DNA from: an uncultured Oscillospiraceae bacterium | Lineage (GTDB): Bacteria; Bacillota; Clostridia; Christensenellales; CAG-314 | DNA length: 64,000 nt | Assembly (NCBI GenBank): GCA_964533825.1 | Contig: CAZHMU010000009.1 | Coordinates: 1,168 to 65,167 of the forward strand | Direction of reading: 5' to 3' | In this document: piece after piece, positions 1 through 10,049 of the stretch | Layout of the letters: each line of letters opens with the position of its first letter | How positions within the stretch are numbered: the stretch's first letter is position 1 | Program-made: the position numbers and the translations under genes | The notes under the pieces: model-generated | Told to the model about the DNA's origin: nothing | What the model saw: only the letters and a program-made list of their open reading frames with translations | Databases searched by the model: none

Positions 1-1134
1 CCTGATGGCGACCCCAAACCCAACAAAAAGGGCGAACTGGTACAAAAAATGCGCAAGTACACCAAGGCGGAAATTGAACAAAAGGTCAATGCCGCACTCA
101 AAATGGTAGACCTGGAAGACTACGGTCACAGACAAGTATCCTCCCTTTCCGGTGGACAACAACAACGTGTTGCCATCGCGCGCGCTCTTGTAAACGAGCC
201 AGAAGTGCTTCTTTTGGACGAGCCACTTGGTGCATTGGACCTCAAAATGCGCAAGGATATGCAACTGGAACTGATGCAAATGCACAAAAAGTTGGGTATC
301 ACTTTTGTATACGTAACCCACGACCAAGAAGAAGCTCTTACAATGTCCGACAAAATTGTCGTAATGAAAGACGGTGTCATCCAACAAATTGGCACAGCGC
401 AAAAAATCTACGACGAGCCAGCCAACGCTTTTGTTGCCGACTTCATTGGCGAGTCCAACATCCTTTCCGGCACGATGGTTGCCGATTGTTGCGTGGATAT
501 CTCCGGTCACAAGTACGAGTGCGTAGACAAAGGCTTCAAACGCAACGAGCCTGTTGACGTAATCATCCGCCCAGAAGACATCAAAATTGTTGATTTGGAT
601 GACAAGCATTGTCTTGTTGAAGCGGAAGTATTGACCTGTGTTTTCAAGGGCGATCACTACCAAGTAACAGCGCTCACATTTGGCGACGAGCGTAACGAAA
701 TCATCATCCACGACAACGTGGAAGTAAAAGTTGGCGACAAAATCGGCCTGTACATCAAACCATTTGATTTCCACATCATGCACAAAGCGCGCCTTATCAA
801 CAAGGTAGAAGGGGAAATGTACGACAAGGGCATCGTTGAGTTTTGCAATGGACGCTTTGAGTGTACAAGTCAACTTGACGAAGGTACACCCGTTACTGTT
901 TCCATCGACTTTGACGACGTGGAACTCACCGATGACGAAGAAGACGGCATCATTGGCGCAACAATCATTTCCGCAATCTACAAAGGTAGCTACTGGCAAT
1001 ACATTGTTCGCACCGAAGACTACTACGACTTTTTTGTAGACAACGACTACGAGTGGTCCATCGGCGACCGCGTGGGTATCAAGATTGCCCCAGACAAACT
1101 GATAGTGGAGGCGCGCAATGAAACTCAAGAGTAA
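1..1134 (+). CDS. potA: Spermidine/putrescine-type ABC transporter ATP-binding protein (5' end outside window)
   Basis: Frame 1 is open from base 1. ABC signature LSGGQQQRVAIARAL, Walker B LLLDEPLGALD and H-loop VTHDQEEA are present. Walker A would lie upstream of the window. The gene overlaps the downstream permease gene. Confidence 0.85.
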   Translation, partial: PDGDPKPNKKGELVQKMRKYTKAEIEQKVNAALKMVDLEDYGHRQVSSLSGGQQQRVAIARALVNEPEVLLLDEPLGALDLKMRKDMQLELMQMHKKLGITFVYVTHDQEEALTMSDKIVVMKDGVIQQIGTAQKIYDEPANAFVADFIGESNILSGTMVADCCVDISGHKYECVDKGFKRNEPVDVIIRPEDIKIVDLDDKHCLVEAEVLTCVFKGDHYQVTALTFGDERNEIIIHDNVEVKVGDKIGLYIKPFDFHIMHKARLINKVEGEMYDKGIVEFCNGRFECTSQLDEGTPVTVSIDFDDVELTDDEEDGIIGATIISAIYKGSYWQYIVRTEDYYDFFVDNDYEWSIGDRVGIKIAPDKLIVEARNETQE

Positions 1135-1918
1135 GTTCCGTTTCACTCGCAAAGCACTTGCCTACCCATATATGTTGTTTTTGCTAATTTTTGTTGTGAT
1201 TCCTTTGGTAATCATCTTGATCAACGCATTTTTGGCAGATGACAACAGCTTTACGTTAGGCAACTTTGTAGAGTTTTTCAGCGACAATGGTGGTGGATTG
1301 ACCGTACTTGGCAACTCACTGCTCATTGGCATTGTTACCACAGTGATTTGTCTTGCGATTGGCTACCCTGTGGCATACTTTTTGGCAAAGTATCATGCAT
1401 CAAACAAGGTACTTGTGCTGTTTTTCATCATGCCTATGTGGGTGAATTTTTTGATGAGAACATTGTCCACCAAGGCCATCTTTCTTGCTTTGGATATCGA
1501 ACTTGGTATGGGTACAGTGCTCTTTGGTATGGTGTACAACTACCTGCCCTACATGATTTTGCCACTGCACACAACACTTGTTTCCATCGACCACAGTTAC
1601 ATCGAAGCTGCGGAAGACTTGGGCGCAGACAAGTTTACAGTGATGACAAAAACAATCATACCACTTTCGCTCCCTGGCATTATGAGTGGTATCACAATGA
1701 CGTTTATTCCTGCAATTTCCACCTTTGCCATTTCCGAAGTGTTGTCCAGCAGCAAAATCTTTTTGTTTGGCGATGCAATCAATATGCACTTCTCCAAGAC
1801 CACCAACAGCTTTGGTGTGGGCAGTGTGATGAGCTTGGTAATGTTGGTATTGGTAGTAATTTGTAATGCCGTAACAAATGCGGCAAGTAAGGACGAGGGG
1901 GTAAAAAGCGCGCTATGA
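1118..1918 (+). CDS. potB: ABC transporter permease (PotB-like)
   Basis: 266-aa multi-TM protein with an EAA-type loop (SYIEAAEDLGADKFTVMTKTIIPLSLPG). Translationally coupled to potA and potC. Confidence 0.8.
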   Translation: MKLKSKFRFTRKALAYPYMLFLLIFVVIPLVIILINAFLADDNSFTLGNFVEFFSDNGGGLTVLGNSLLIGIVTTVICLAIGYPVAYFLAKYHASNKVLVLFFIMPMWVNFLMRTLSTKAIFLALDIELGMGTVLFGMVYNYLPYMILPLHTTLVSIDHSYIEAAEDLGADKFTVMTKTIIPLSLPGIMSGITMTFIPAISTFAISEVLSSSKIFLFGDAINMHFSKTTNSFGVGSVMSLVMLVLVVICNAVTNAASKDEGVKSAL

Positions 1919-2730
1919 AAAACTTCAAGCTCAAAAAACTCTGCGCCGATGGTTACCTTGGCCTTGTCTTGGCATTTCTGTATTTGCCAATCTTGCTCAT
2001 CATCATTTTCAGTTTTTCCGGTACAAGCAACTTTTCCTTCAAAGATGGTTTCACGTTGGACTCCTACAAGGCGTTGTTTAGCAGTGACGTACAAACACAA
2101 AACCTTTTGGAGGCGTTGAAAAACACCTTTATTATCGCCATCATTGCAAGCGTTGTTTCCACAATCTTGGGTACAATTTCCACTATTGGTATCTACTGCC
2201 TTGGCTCTCGCACCAAAAAGTTTGTGCTGACAGTAAACCAACTGCCAATGATCAACAGCGAAATTGTCATGGCGGTATCCTTTATGGTGTTCTTTGCGGC
2301 ATTTAGCTGGTTGTTCCCACAAGGTATGGTGCGCCTAATTATCATACACGTTGCATTTTGTACACCTTACGTGGTATTGTCCATTTTGCCAAGATTGCAA
2401 AAAATGGACCCCAATATGTACGAGGCAGCTCTCGACTTGGGCGCAAACCCCTTCAAAGCGATGATTCAAGTAATGTTCCCATATTTGATGCCAGGTATTG
2501 TTTCTGGTTTTAGTATGGCGTTCACACTCTCTTTGGACGACTTCATTTTGACGCAATTCAACAAGGGCGACACAGGCATCGAAACCTTGTCTACCTACAT
2601 CTACGAAGACGCTCGTGTAAAAAGCCTCGAACCATTTTGGTTTGCAGTGTTTTCTATCTTCTTTGTAGTGATTGTGACACTTTTGCTTGTCACAAACATC
2701 AAACGTAACGTCAAAAAGGAGGCAAAGTAG
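1915..2730 (+). CDS. potC: ABC transporter permease (PotC-like)
   Basis: 271-aa multi-TM protein with motif MYEAALDLGANPFKAMIQVMFPYLMPG. ATGA overlap with potB. Confidence 0.8.
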   Translation: MKNFKLKKLCADGYLGLVLAFLYLPILLIIIFSFSGTSNFSFKDGFTLDSYKALFSSDVQTQNLLEALKNTFIIAIIASVVSTILGTISTIGIYCLGSRTKKFVLTVNQLPMINSEIVMAVSFMVFFAAFSWLFPQGMVRLIIIHVAFCTPYVVLSILPRLQKMDPNMYEAALDLGANPFKAMIQVMFPYLMPGIVSGFSMAFTLSLDDFILTQFNKGDTGIETLSTYIYEDARVKSLEPFWFAVFSIFFVVIVTLLLVTNIKRNVKKEAK

Positions 2731-2731
2731 T

Positions 2732-4309
2732 ATGAAAAAACTTTCCTTAATTTTGTGCGTTTTGATGGTTGCCGTTTCTCTTTTGGCATTTGTTGGTTGC
2801 GACAACACCAAGGACAAAACTGACTCCCTGGTAGTGTACAACTGGGCGGACTACATCTACGACTACGAAGCGGACTTCAAAGCCTACTACAAAGGCATCA
2901 CAGGTAAGGATATTAAAATAACCTACGTAACCTTTGATACCAACGAAACAATGCTCACAAAAATCACCAAGGGCGACTCCAACGTTGATGTTGTGTGCCC
3001 AAGTGAGTATGCCATCCAAAAACTCATCGAAATGGACTACCTTGTACCACTCAACTACTTTGACGAAGGCAAGTACACTCAAGGTATGACAACCGATGGC
3101 TACGTCCATTACTCCGACAACGTAGACGAAAATGTGGTGGAAAAAATTCGCGAAACCTTTGGCGACATCAACGGAAAAAATATGCTGGACTATATGGTGC
3201 CCTATATGTACGGCACACTGGGCATTTTGTACAACAAGTATCAGTTTATGGAACTTGGTATCTACGACTTTGACGTGATGAACCAAGCCAACTGGGGCAT
3301 TTTGTTCAACGACGACGGCAATGGCAACATTCTCCACGAAGATCTCGCTGGACAAATCTTGATGAAAGACAGTATCCGTGATACCTACGCTGTAACAATC
3401 TTCTACTTATTGGAAAGTGGCAAATTGGATGGTCTCAAGGATGCCAACGGCGACTTGTACACCGATATGAGCGCAAACCAACTCATCAACTGTGTTGACG
3501 ACCAACTGCTGGAGATTATCAAAGAAACTTTGACGGCACAAAAACAACAACTTTTCGGCTACGAAGTAGATTTTGGCAAGGACGACCTCTTGAAAGGTAA
3601 CGCAATGGTGGACCTTGCTTGGAGTGGCGATGCATTGTATGCAGTGGAAGAAAGTTGGAACGACAACCTTGGCACCGACGGCGACTACGAGCTTTCCTAC
3701 TACGTACCCCACAGTGCAGGCAACATTTGGTTTGATGGTTGGGTAATCCCCAAGACCTACAATCCCGAGCATACCGAGGCAATCAAGCTGTTTATCAATT
3801 TCTTGAATAGCCCCACATCAGCTGCCGCAAACATGATGGAAATCGGCTACTCATCTGCTGTTGCTCCTGACAAAATCTTGGCAAGCGACGATGCAAAGAG
3901 TATCCTTGCGGAAGTTTATTGTGTAAATGCTCCCGAATATTTGGACAAAGAAACACTTTCCGCCATTGAAGGTGGCGATGGTTTTAACTACGACAGTTGG
4001 GAGGAATTTGCTGACGAATTCTTCTACTACTGCGACGAAATTGATGGCACAAACTGGCGTTATCCACTGGAAAGCGACTTTGCAAACGCGCACAAGCGCA
4101 ACTCCACAACTTTTGGCATAATGCGTGACTTTGGTGACAAAAACAAAGCTGTTGTCACAATGTGGAACTATGTCCGTTCGGCAGGTTTCAGTGCCGTCCC
4201 AATGTTTTTGTGGATGCTTTTGGCAGTGGCAGTGGTAGTTGGCGGAGCGTATTTTGTTCACTTCCTTGTGGAGCGCACTCGTCACACTGTCAAGGTACAA
4301 AAGAAATAG
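2732..4309 (+). CDS. potD: Polyamine-type substrate-binding lipoprotein with an extra C-terminal TM helix
   Basis: Internal ATG at 2732 follows AAGGAGG. Lipoprotein signal MKKLSLILCVLMVAVSLLAFVGC. PotD-like VVYNWADYI motif. C-terminal hydrophobic stretch AVPMFLWMLLAVAVVVGGAYFVHFLV. The track start at 2687 was rejected. Confidence 0.7.
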   Translation: MKKLSLILCVLMVAVSLLAFVGCDNTKDKTDSLVVYNWADYIYDYEADFKAYYKGITGKDIKITYVTFDTNETMLTKITKGDSNVDVVCPSEYAIQKLIEMDYLVPLNYFDEGKYTQGMTTDGYVHYSDNVDENVVEKIRETFGDINGKNMLDYMVPYMYGTLGILYNKYQFMELGIYDFDVMNQANWGILFNDDGNGNILHEDLAGQILMKDSIRDTYAVTIFYLLESGKLDGLKDANGDLYTDMSANQLINCVDDQLLEIIKETLTAQKQQLFGYEVDFGKDDLLKGNAMVDLAWSGDALYAVEESWNDNLGTDGDYELSYYVPHSAGNIWFDGWVIPKTYNPEHTEAIKLFINFLNSPTSAAANMMEIGYSSAVAPDKILASDDAKSILAEVYCVNAPEYLDKETLSAIEGGDGFNYDSWEEFADEFFYYCDEIDGTNWRYPLESDFANAHKRNSTTFGIMRDFGDKNKAVVTMWNYVRSAGFSAVPMFLWMLLAVAVVVGGAYFVHFLVERTRHTVKVQKK

Positions 4310-4362
4310 TAGTGCACACAATTCGCCAGGCATAAAACAAGCCAATATTTTTCCTTTCAAAA

Positions 4363-4397
4363 AGACCTTTTCGCACGAACGAAAAAGGTCTTTTTTT
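4363..4397 (+). terminator. Rho-independent terminator after the pot operon
   Basis: Perfect 11-bp stem AGACCTTTTCG/CGAAAAGGTCT followed by a T-run. Confidence 0.8.
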
Positions 4398-4538
4398 GAA
4401 TAAGTAATGGGCTTTTTCTCGTAAAAACAGTGGTGAGCTTGTGGCAAACCTAATTTTTCTTTGATAAGCCTTTTTTACCCAAGTGTTTGCCCTTATATAT
4501 AAAATATACTAATAACTGCATTTTTGTATCAAAAACCC

Positions 4539-4567
4539 TTGCCAAAAATGCAAAAGTAATGTAAAAT
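4539..4567 (+). promoter_or_regulatory. Sigma-A type promoter upstream of ppdK
   Basis: TTGCCA, 17-nt spacer, TAAAAT. Confidence 0.5.
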
Positions 4568-4636
4568 GTTGTAGTTAAAATGTCCCACTATGGGCATTAT
4601 AGTAATGATAATAATTTATTCAGGAGGAATAACACA

Positions 4637-7279
4637 GTGGCAACAAAGTATACTTATTTGTTTAGTGAAGGCGATGCTTCCATGCGTGAACTTCTTGGTG
4701 GTAAGGGTGCAAACCTTGCTGAAATGACCAAAATTGGTCTTCCAGTTCCACAAGGTTTCACGATTTCTACAGAAGCTTGCACAAAGTACTACGAAGACGG
4801 TAGACAAATCAATGACGAAATCAAGGCGCAAATCATGGTCGCTATCGAAAGAATGGAAGAAGTTACCGGCAAAAAGTTCGGCGACAAGGAAAATCCACTT
4901 CTTGTATCCGTTCGTTCTGGTGCACGTGCATCCATGCCAGGTATGATGGACACAATTTTGAACCTTGGTCTTAACGAAGAAGTAGTAGAAGTTCTTTCTG
5001 CTAAATCCGGCAACCCACGTTGGGCTTGGGACTGCTACCGCAGATTCATCCAAATGTTCTCCGACGTTGTTATGGAAGTTGGTAAAAAATATTTCGAAGA
5101 ACTCATCGACAAGATGAAGGAAGAAAAGGGTGTTACATCCGATATTGAACTTACAGCAGACGACCTCAAGGAACTTGCTAACCAATTCAAAGCAGAGTAC
5201 AAAGGAAAGTTGGGAACAGACTTCCCATCCGACCCAAAAGAACAACTCTTTGCAGCTGTTGAAGCCGTTTTCCGTTCTTGGGACAACCCACGTGCTAACA
5301 TCTACCGTATGGACCACGACATCCCATACTCTTGGGGTACAGCAGTAAACGTACAAGCAATGGCATTTGGTAACATGGGTGACGATTGCGGTACAGGTGT
5401 AGCCTTTACACGTAACCCTGCAACAGGCGAAAAGGGTCTTATGGGCGAATTCTTGATGAACGCTCAAGGCGAAGACGTAGTTGCCGGTGTTCGTACACCA
5501 ATGCCTATTTCTCAAATGGCAGAAATTTTGCCAGACGTTTACAAACAATTCTTGGACGTTTGCAACATCTTGGAAAATCACTACCGTGATATGCAAGATA
5601 TGGAATTCACAATCGAAAAGGGCAAGCTTTACATGCTCCAAACTCGTAATGGTAAGCGTACAGCTGCTGCAGCTATCAAAATTGCTTGCGACCTTATCGA
5701 CGAAGGCATGATCACCGAACAAGAAGCTCTTCTCCAAATCGACGCTAAATCTTTGGATATGCTCCTTCACCCAACATTTGATACAGCTGCTTTGAAGGCT
5801 GCTGACAAAAACAACGTTGTTGGTAAGGGTATCGCTGCAAGCCCAGGCGCTGCTGCTGGTACAATCGTATTTACACCAGAAGATGCAGTTGTTCTTGGTA
5901 AGCAAAAGAAAAAGGTTATCCTTGTTCGTCTTGAAACTTCTCCAGAAGACATCGAAGGTATGAAGTACTCTCAAGGTATCTTGACAGTACGTGGCGGTCA
6001 AACATCTCACGCTGCAGTAGTTGCTCGTGGTATGGGTACTTGCTGTGTATCTGGTTGTGGCGACATCAAGATGGACGAAGCTAACAAGTGCTTTACACTT
6101 GGTGGCAAAGTGTTCCACGAAGGTGACGAACTCTCCTTGGACGGCTCCACAGGTAAGATCTACGACATCGCTATCAAGACTGTTCCTGCAGATCCTAACA
6201 GCGGTTACTTTGGACGTATCATGAAGCTTGCCGACAAGTACAAGCAACTTGGCGTACGTACAAACGCTGATACACCAACTGATGCTCAACGCGCTACAGA
6301 ACTTGGCGCACAAGGTATTGGTCTTTGCCGTACAGAACACATGTTCTTTGGCGAAGGTCGTATCGACAAGATTCGTGAAATGATCTGTGCTGAAACAGTT
6401 GCAGAACGCGAAGCAGCTCTTGCAAAGATCGAACCACTTCAACAAGGCGACTTCGAAGGCATGATGGAAGCAATGCAAGGACAACCTATCACAATCCGTT
6501 TCATTGACCCACCACTCCACGAGTTTGTTCCAACCGAAGCAAAGGATATTGAACTTCTTGCTAACACAACAGGCAAAACTGTTGACGAAATCAAACAAAT
6601 TTGCGATTCTCTCCACGAATTCAACCCAATGATGGGTCACCGTGGTTGCCGTCTTGCAGTAACCTACCCAGAAATTGCAGTAATGCAAACAAAGGCTGTT
6701 ATCAAGGCTGCATTGGCAGTACAAGCACGTCATGCTGATTGGAACGTTGTTCCTGAAATCATGATCCCACTTGTAGGCGAAATCAAAGAGTTGCAATACG
6801 TTAAGAACGTTGTTGTCAAGACAGCTAACGAACTCATCGCTGCTGCTGGTTCCGACATGCACTACAAAGTTGGTACAATGATCGAAATCCCACGTGCTGC
6901 ATTGACAGCTGACGAAATCGCTCAAGAAGCAGAATTTTTCAGCTTTGGTACAAACGACCTTACACAAATGACTTTCGGTTTCTCTCGTGACGACGCAAGC
7001 AAATTCTTGCCAAGCTACTACTCCACAAAGATTTACGAAAGCGATCCATTTGCTCGTTTGGACCAAAAGGGTGTTGGCAAACTTGTTAAGATGGCTGCTG
7101 AACTTGGTCGTTCCACACGTCCTGATATCAAACTTGGTATCTGCGGCGAACACGGTGGTGACCCAAGCACAATCGAATTCTGCCACAAAGTTGGTCTCAC
7201 ATACGTTTCCTGCTCACCATTCCGTGTGCCCATTGCTCGTCTTGCTGCTGCTCAAGCTGCAATCAAATTCCCTCGCTAA
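4637..7279 (+). CDS. ppdK: Pyruvate, phosphate dikinase
   Basis: GTG start 7 nt after CAGGAGG. N-terminus KYTYLFSEG..GGKGANLAEM, phospho-histidine loop GGQTSHAAVVARGMG, C-terminal PEP-utilising TIM domain (GICGEHGGDP). Confidence 0.95.
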   Translation: MATKYTYLFSEGDASMRELLGGKGANLAEMTKIGLPVPQGFTISTEACTKYYEDGRQINDEIKAQIMVAIERMEEVTGKKFGDKENPLLVSVRSGARASMPGMMDTILNLGLNEEVVEVLSAKSGNPRWAWDCYRRFIQMFSDVVMEVGKKYFEELIDKMKEEKGVTSDIELTADDLKELANQFKAEYKGKLGTDFPSDPKEQLFAAVEAVFRSWDNPRANIYRMDHDIPYSWGTAVNVQAMAFGNMGDDCGTGVAFTRNPATGEKGLMGEFLMNAQGEDVVAGVRTPMPISQMAEILPDVYKQFLDVCNILENHYRDMQDMEFTIEKGKLYMLQTRNGKRTAAAAIKIACDLIDEGMITEQEALLQIDAKSLDMLLHPTFDTAALKAADKNNVVGKGIAASPGAAAGTIVFTPEDAVVLGKQKKKVILVRLETSPEDIEGMKYSQGILTVRGGQTSHAAVVARGMGTCCVSGCGDIKMDEANKCFTLGGKVFHEGDELSLDGSTGKIYDIAIKTVPADPNSGYFGRIMKLADKYKQLGVRTNADTPTDAQRATELGAQGIGLCRTEHMFFGEGRIDKIREMICAETVAEREAALAKIEPLQQGDFEGMMEAMQGQPITIRFIDPPLHEFVPTEAKDIELLANTTGKTVDEIKQICDSLHEFNPMMGHRGCRLAVTYPEIAVMQTKAVIKAALAVQARHADWNVVPEIMIPLVGEIKELQYVKNVVVKTANELIAAAGSDMHYKVGTMIEIPRAALTADEIAQEAEFFSFGTNDLTQMTFGFSRDDASKFLPSYYSTKIYESDPFARLDQKGVGKLVKMAAELGRSTRPDIKLGICGEHGGDPSTIEFCHKVGLTYVSCSPFRVPIARLAAAQAAIKFPR

Positions 7280-7336
7280 TAGAGTGATTTTTGCAAAAAG
7301 ACTGCAACTATATTAGGAAACTAAATCGTAAAACTA

Positions 7337-7369
7337 CAACCCTGCAAAGAAATTTGCAGGGTTGTTTTT
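7337..7369 (+). terminator. Rho-independent terminator after ppdK
   Basis: Stem CAACCCTGCAAA/TTTGCAGGGTTG followed by TTTTT. Confidence 0.8.
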
Positions 7370-7503
7370 GTTTGTTAACAGAGTCGACATCACTTGACAA
7401 TAAGCATTTAATTTAATACAATATATACATTAGATACGCTCTATTATTTGTAATAGGGGCGTTTTTGTCAGTTTAACATTATACTTATAAGGTTGTGCGT
7501 AGA

Positions 7504-8313
7504 ATGAAAAAACTTTCAGTAGCCATTGTGTTACTTTTGCTCATAACAAATATGTTTTTGTTTTCCGCTTGCAATATGGAAAATACCATCGTGGTTTACA
7601 CCGAAGCGGGATTTGCTCCATTTGAATACATACAAGCAGGCCAAGTTGTCGGTGTTGACGTTGACATTATGAAGCTTGTCGGCGAAAAACTTGGTAAAAA
7701 GGTGGTATTTGAGTGCGTTGGATTTGATATGATTATTCCCACCGTATCCGCAGGAAAGTTGTGCAATGTTGGCGCTGCCGGCATTTCTATCACCGAAGAA
7801 AGACTCAGTAAGGTGGATTTTTCCAATCCATATTACAAGGCAAGTCTTTATGTAATTTTCCCCACCGAGATGCTCTCTTACTATAAAAGTGTCACCACAG
7901 ATAACACCAATGGCGTCTATTGGGATACTCTTGCAGGCAAAAACATTGCAATACAGGGCGGAACGACTGCCGACATTTTTCTACGTGACGAGCTGGAGTT
8001 TGGCGTGCTTGCAAACAGTGGCGCAAAACGTACCGCATACGACAAGTATTCCACAGCAGTTGCCGATGTAGGACTAAACGTTGATTGCATCATTATGGAC
8101 AAGCTTCCTGCCGAGCAACTTATTGCAAGCAATGAGGATTTAACTCTTTTGCCCCTTTATTACAAAGGCGAAGTGGATACACTTGCATTTGACGAGTATG
8201 CAATTTGCGTAACCAAAGGTCAAGATGAATTGTTGCTTGCTATTAATCAGGTTTTGGAAGAATTAGGTGAAGAGGGCATCAATGCTTTGATAAGCCGTCA
8301 TTTAGGGCTGTAG
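7504..8313 (+). CDS. Polar amino-acid ABC transporter substrate-binding lipoprotein
   Basis: Signal MKKLSVAIVLLLLITNMFLFSAC. Family-3 SBP motifs (GFAPFEY, VGVDVDIMKLVGEKLG). Confidence 0.8.
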   Translation: MKKLSVAIVLLLLITNMFLFSACNMENTIVVYTEAGFAPFEYIQAGQVVGVDVDIMKLVGEKLGKKVVFECVGFDMIIPTVSAGKLCNVGAAGISITEERLSKVDFSNPYYKASLYVIFPTEMLSYYKSVTTDNTNGVYWDTLAGKNIAIQGGTTADIFLRDELEFGVLANSGAKRTAYDKYSTAVADVGLNVDCIIMDKLPAEQLIASNEDLTLLPLYYKGEVDTLAFDEYAICVTKGQDELLLAINQVLEELGEEGINALISRHLGL

Positions 8314-8382
8314 TTTGATGGTGGTAGTGTTGTTACTGCAAAGCAACCTGCTCAACTAAAAGATTCTTATTGAAGTAATAAA

Positions 8383-8503
8383 CTCTGTCACAAACTTTGG
8401 TTGCTTTTTTGACGGTAAAGCCTTGTCTGATAGGCTCCCACTTTGGGGGAGCTGTCGGCGCAAGACGACTGAGAACAGCTAATCAACCATTTTTTGCGAC
8501 ATA
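8383..8503 (+). repeat. MITE-like intergenic repeat, short copy, between the SBP and permease genes
   Basis: Both ends match those of the 10021-10301 copy. Imperfect 18-bp terminal inverted repeat TGTCACAAACTTTGGTTG / CAACCATTTTTTGCGACA. An internal GCTCCC-ACTTTG-GGGAGC hairpin is present. Confidence 0.6.
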
Positions 8504-8536
8504 GATAATTGATAAACTTACAAAAGAGGAAAAACA

Positions 8537-9238
8537 ATGTTATTTGAAGATATAGGTAAAATATTAGCGGACAAATCAATGGTGGGGTACATTTTTGAGG
8601 GGCTGTTTCACACGTTAGTGGTAACGGCAGCAGCAGCGTTGATTGGTCTTGTGTTGGGGTTTGTGGTAGCTATTGTCAAAATATCTGCAGAAACCAACAA
8701 ACATATGAAAATCCCTGCGATAATTTGTGACATCTACACAACTATTTTTAGGGGAACTCCCATCGCATTGCAGTTGTTTATTATGGTGTTTGCAGTGTTT
8801 GCAATACCTGGATTCAAGCCTTTTGCGGCAATCATCACCTTTGGCATTAACTCTGGAGCGTACGTGTCTGAAAGCATCCGAGCTGGTATCAAATCGGTGG
8901 ACAAAGGACAGTTAGAGGCAGGTAGAGCCTTGGGATTGTCTTGGTACAAGTCGATGAAGTTGGTAGTTTTGCCACAAGCAACAAAAAATGTCATTCCCGC
9001 AATAGGCAACGAAATGATTGCCTTATTGAAGGAAACGGCTATTTTGGGCTGGGTGGGAGCTACTCCCGGAACGCTCACCTTTGATCTCAATGCAGCGGCT
9101 AACACCATTTACCATATCGTACCAAACTACCTTGCAAGCGGTTTGATTGTAAGTGTTTGCTACTTAGTCATTGTAAACTTGATGATTTTGTTGGTTAAGT
9201 ATATCGAAAGGAGATTGAGAGCCAATGATAAGCGTTAA
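8537..9238 (+). CDS. Amino-acid ABC transporter permease (His/Glu/Gln/Arg family)
   Basis: RBS AAGAGGAAAAACA before the ATG. 233-aa TM protein with an EAA loop (DKGQLEAGRALGLSWYKSMKLVVLPQA). Confidence 0.85.
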   Translation: MLFEDIGKILADKSMVGYIFEGLFHTLVVTAAAALIGLVLGFVVAIVKISAETNKHMKIPAIICDIYTTIFRGTPIALQLFIMVFAVFAIPGFKPFAAIITFGINSGAYVSESIRAGIKSVDKGQLEAGRALGLSWYKSMKLVVLPQATKNVIPAIGNEMIALLKETAILGWVGATPGTLTFDLNAAANTIYHIVPNYLASGLIVSVCYLVIVNLMILLVKYIERRLRANDKR

Positions 9239-10049
9239 AAATTTGTACAAGAGTTTTGATGGCACTCCCGTTTTGAAGGGTGTATCGTGCGATATTTCAC
9301 AAGGGGAAAAGGTTGTTATCATTGGACCGTCCGGTTCTGGAAAAAGCACTCTGTTGCGCTGTATGAACCTTATGGAAATCCCCGACAAAGGGGAAGTGTG
9401 GTTGCAAGATAAATTGCTCACAAATGCAGATGTTTCTTTGCACCCAGAGCTTGTCAACGAAAACAAACGTTTGCAAAAAAAGGCAGTAAAACTTTTTGAA
9501 AAGCAAAATCAAATGCCCATTGACAGTGCAAGATGCAAGATGGGTATGGTTTTTCAACATTTCAATTTGTTCAACAATCTAACGGTTTTGCAAAACTTGA
9601 CGTTAGCTCCAACAACACTAAAACTTAAAACGCAACAAGAGGCGGATGCCTATGCAATGCAACTACTCAAACGTATCGGTTTGGCAGACAAGGCAAATGC
9701 ATACCCATCCACACTTTCCGGCGGACAAAAGCAACGTATTGCCATTGTTCGCGCACTTGCAATGCAACCAAGTGTTTTGCTCTTTGACGAACCTACAAGC
9801 GCATTGGATATCGAAATGGTACAGGAAGTTCTCGCGTTAATTGGCGACCTTGCTAAAGAAAACATTACAATGGTAATTGTTACGCACGAACTCAAATTTG
9901 CCAAACAAATCGCCAGTCGTGTCGTTTTTATGGCCGATGGACAAATTGTTGAAAGTGGCACTCCTGACGAAATTTTTGATAACCCGCAAGCACCACGTTT
10001 GCAAGAGTTTTTGAATAAGGCTCTGCCACAAACTCTGGTTGCTTTTTGA
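9225..10049 (+). CDS. Amino-acid ABC transporter ATP-binding protein (GlnQ-like, with an insertion before the Q-loop)
   Basis: Walker A GPSGSGKST, signature LSGGQKQRIAIVRAL, Walker B LLFDEPTSALD. About 30 extra residues lie between Walker A and MVFQHFNLF. The last ~9 codons and the stop lie inside a repeat element. Confidence 0.85.
   Translation: MISVKNLYKSFDGTPVLKGVSCDISQGEKVVIIGPSGSGKSTLLRCMNLMEIPDKGEVWLQDKLLTNADVSLHPELVNENKRLQKKAVKLFEKQNQMPIDSARCKMGMVFQHFNLFNNLTVLQNLTLAPTTLKLKTQQEADAYAMQLLKRIGLADKANAYPSTLSGGQKQRIAIVRALAMQPSVLLFDEPTSALDIEMVQEVLALIGDLAKENITMVIVTHELKFAKQIASRVVFMADGQIVESGTPDEIFDNPQAPRLQEFLNKALPQTLVAF

Noticed and set aside
4616-7186. Very long antisense ORFs in the supplied track. 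Examples are 856 aa opposite ppdK, 437 aa opposite cotH (17372-18685) and 382 aa opposite gap (31370-32518). Others are 284 aa opposite the aminopeptidase (39045-39899), 301 aa opposite aroC (55131-56036) and 346/265/220 aa opposite the 847-aa gene. 27093-27743 opposite upp is another.
   Set aside because: Each lies fully inside a gene with unmistakable family motifs on the other strand. Their translations are Cys/Val/Phe-rich low-complexity with no motifs, SD sequences or terminators. They are shadow ORFs caused by strong codon bias, because sense codons rarely read TTA/CTA/TCA.
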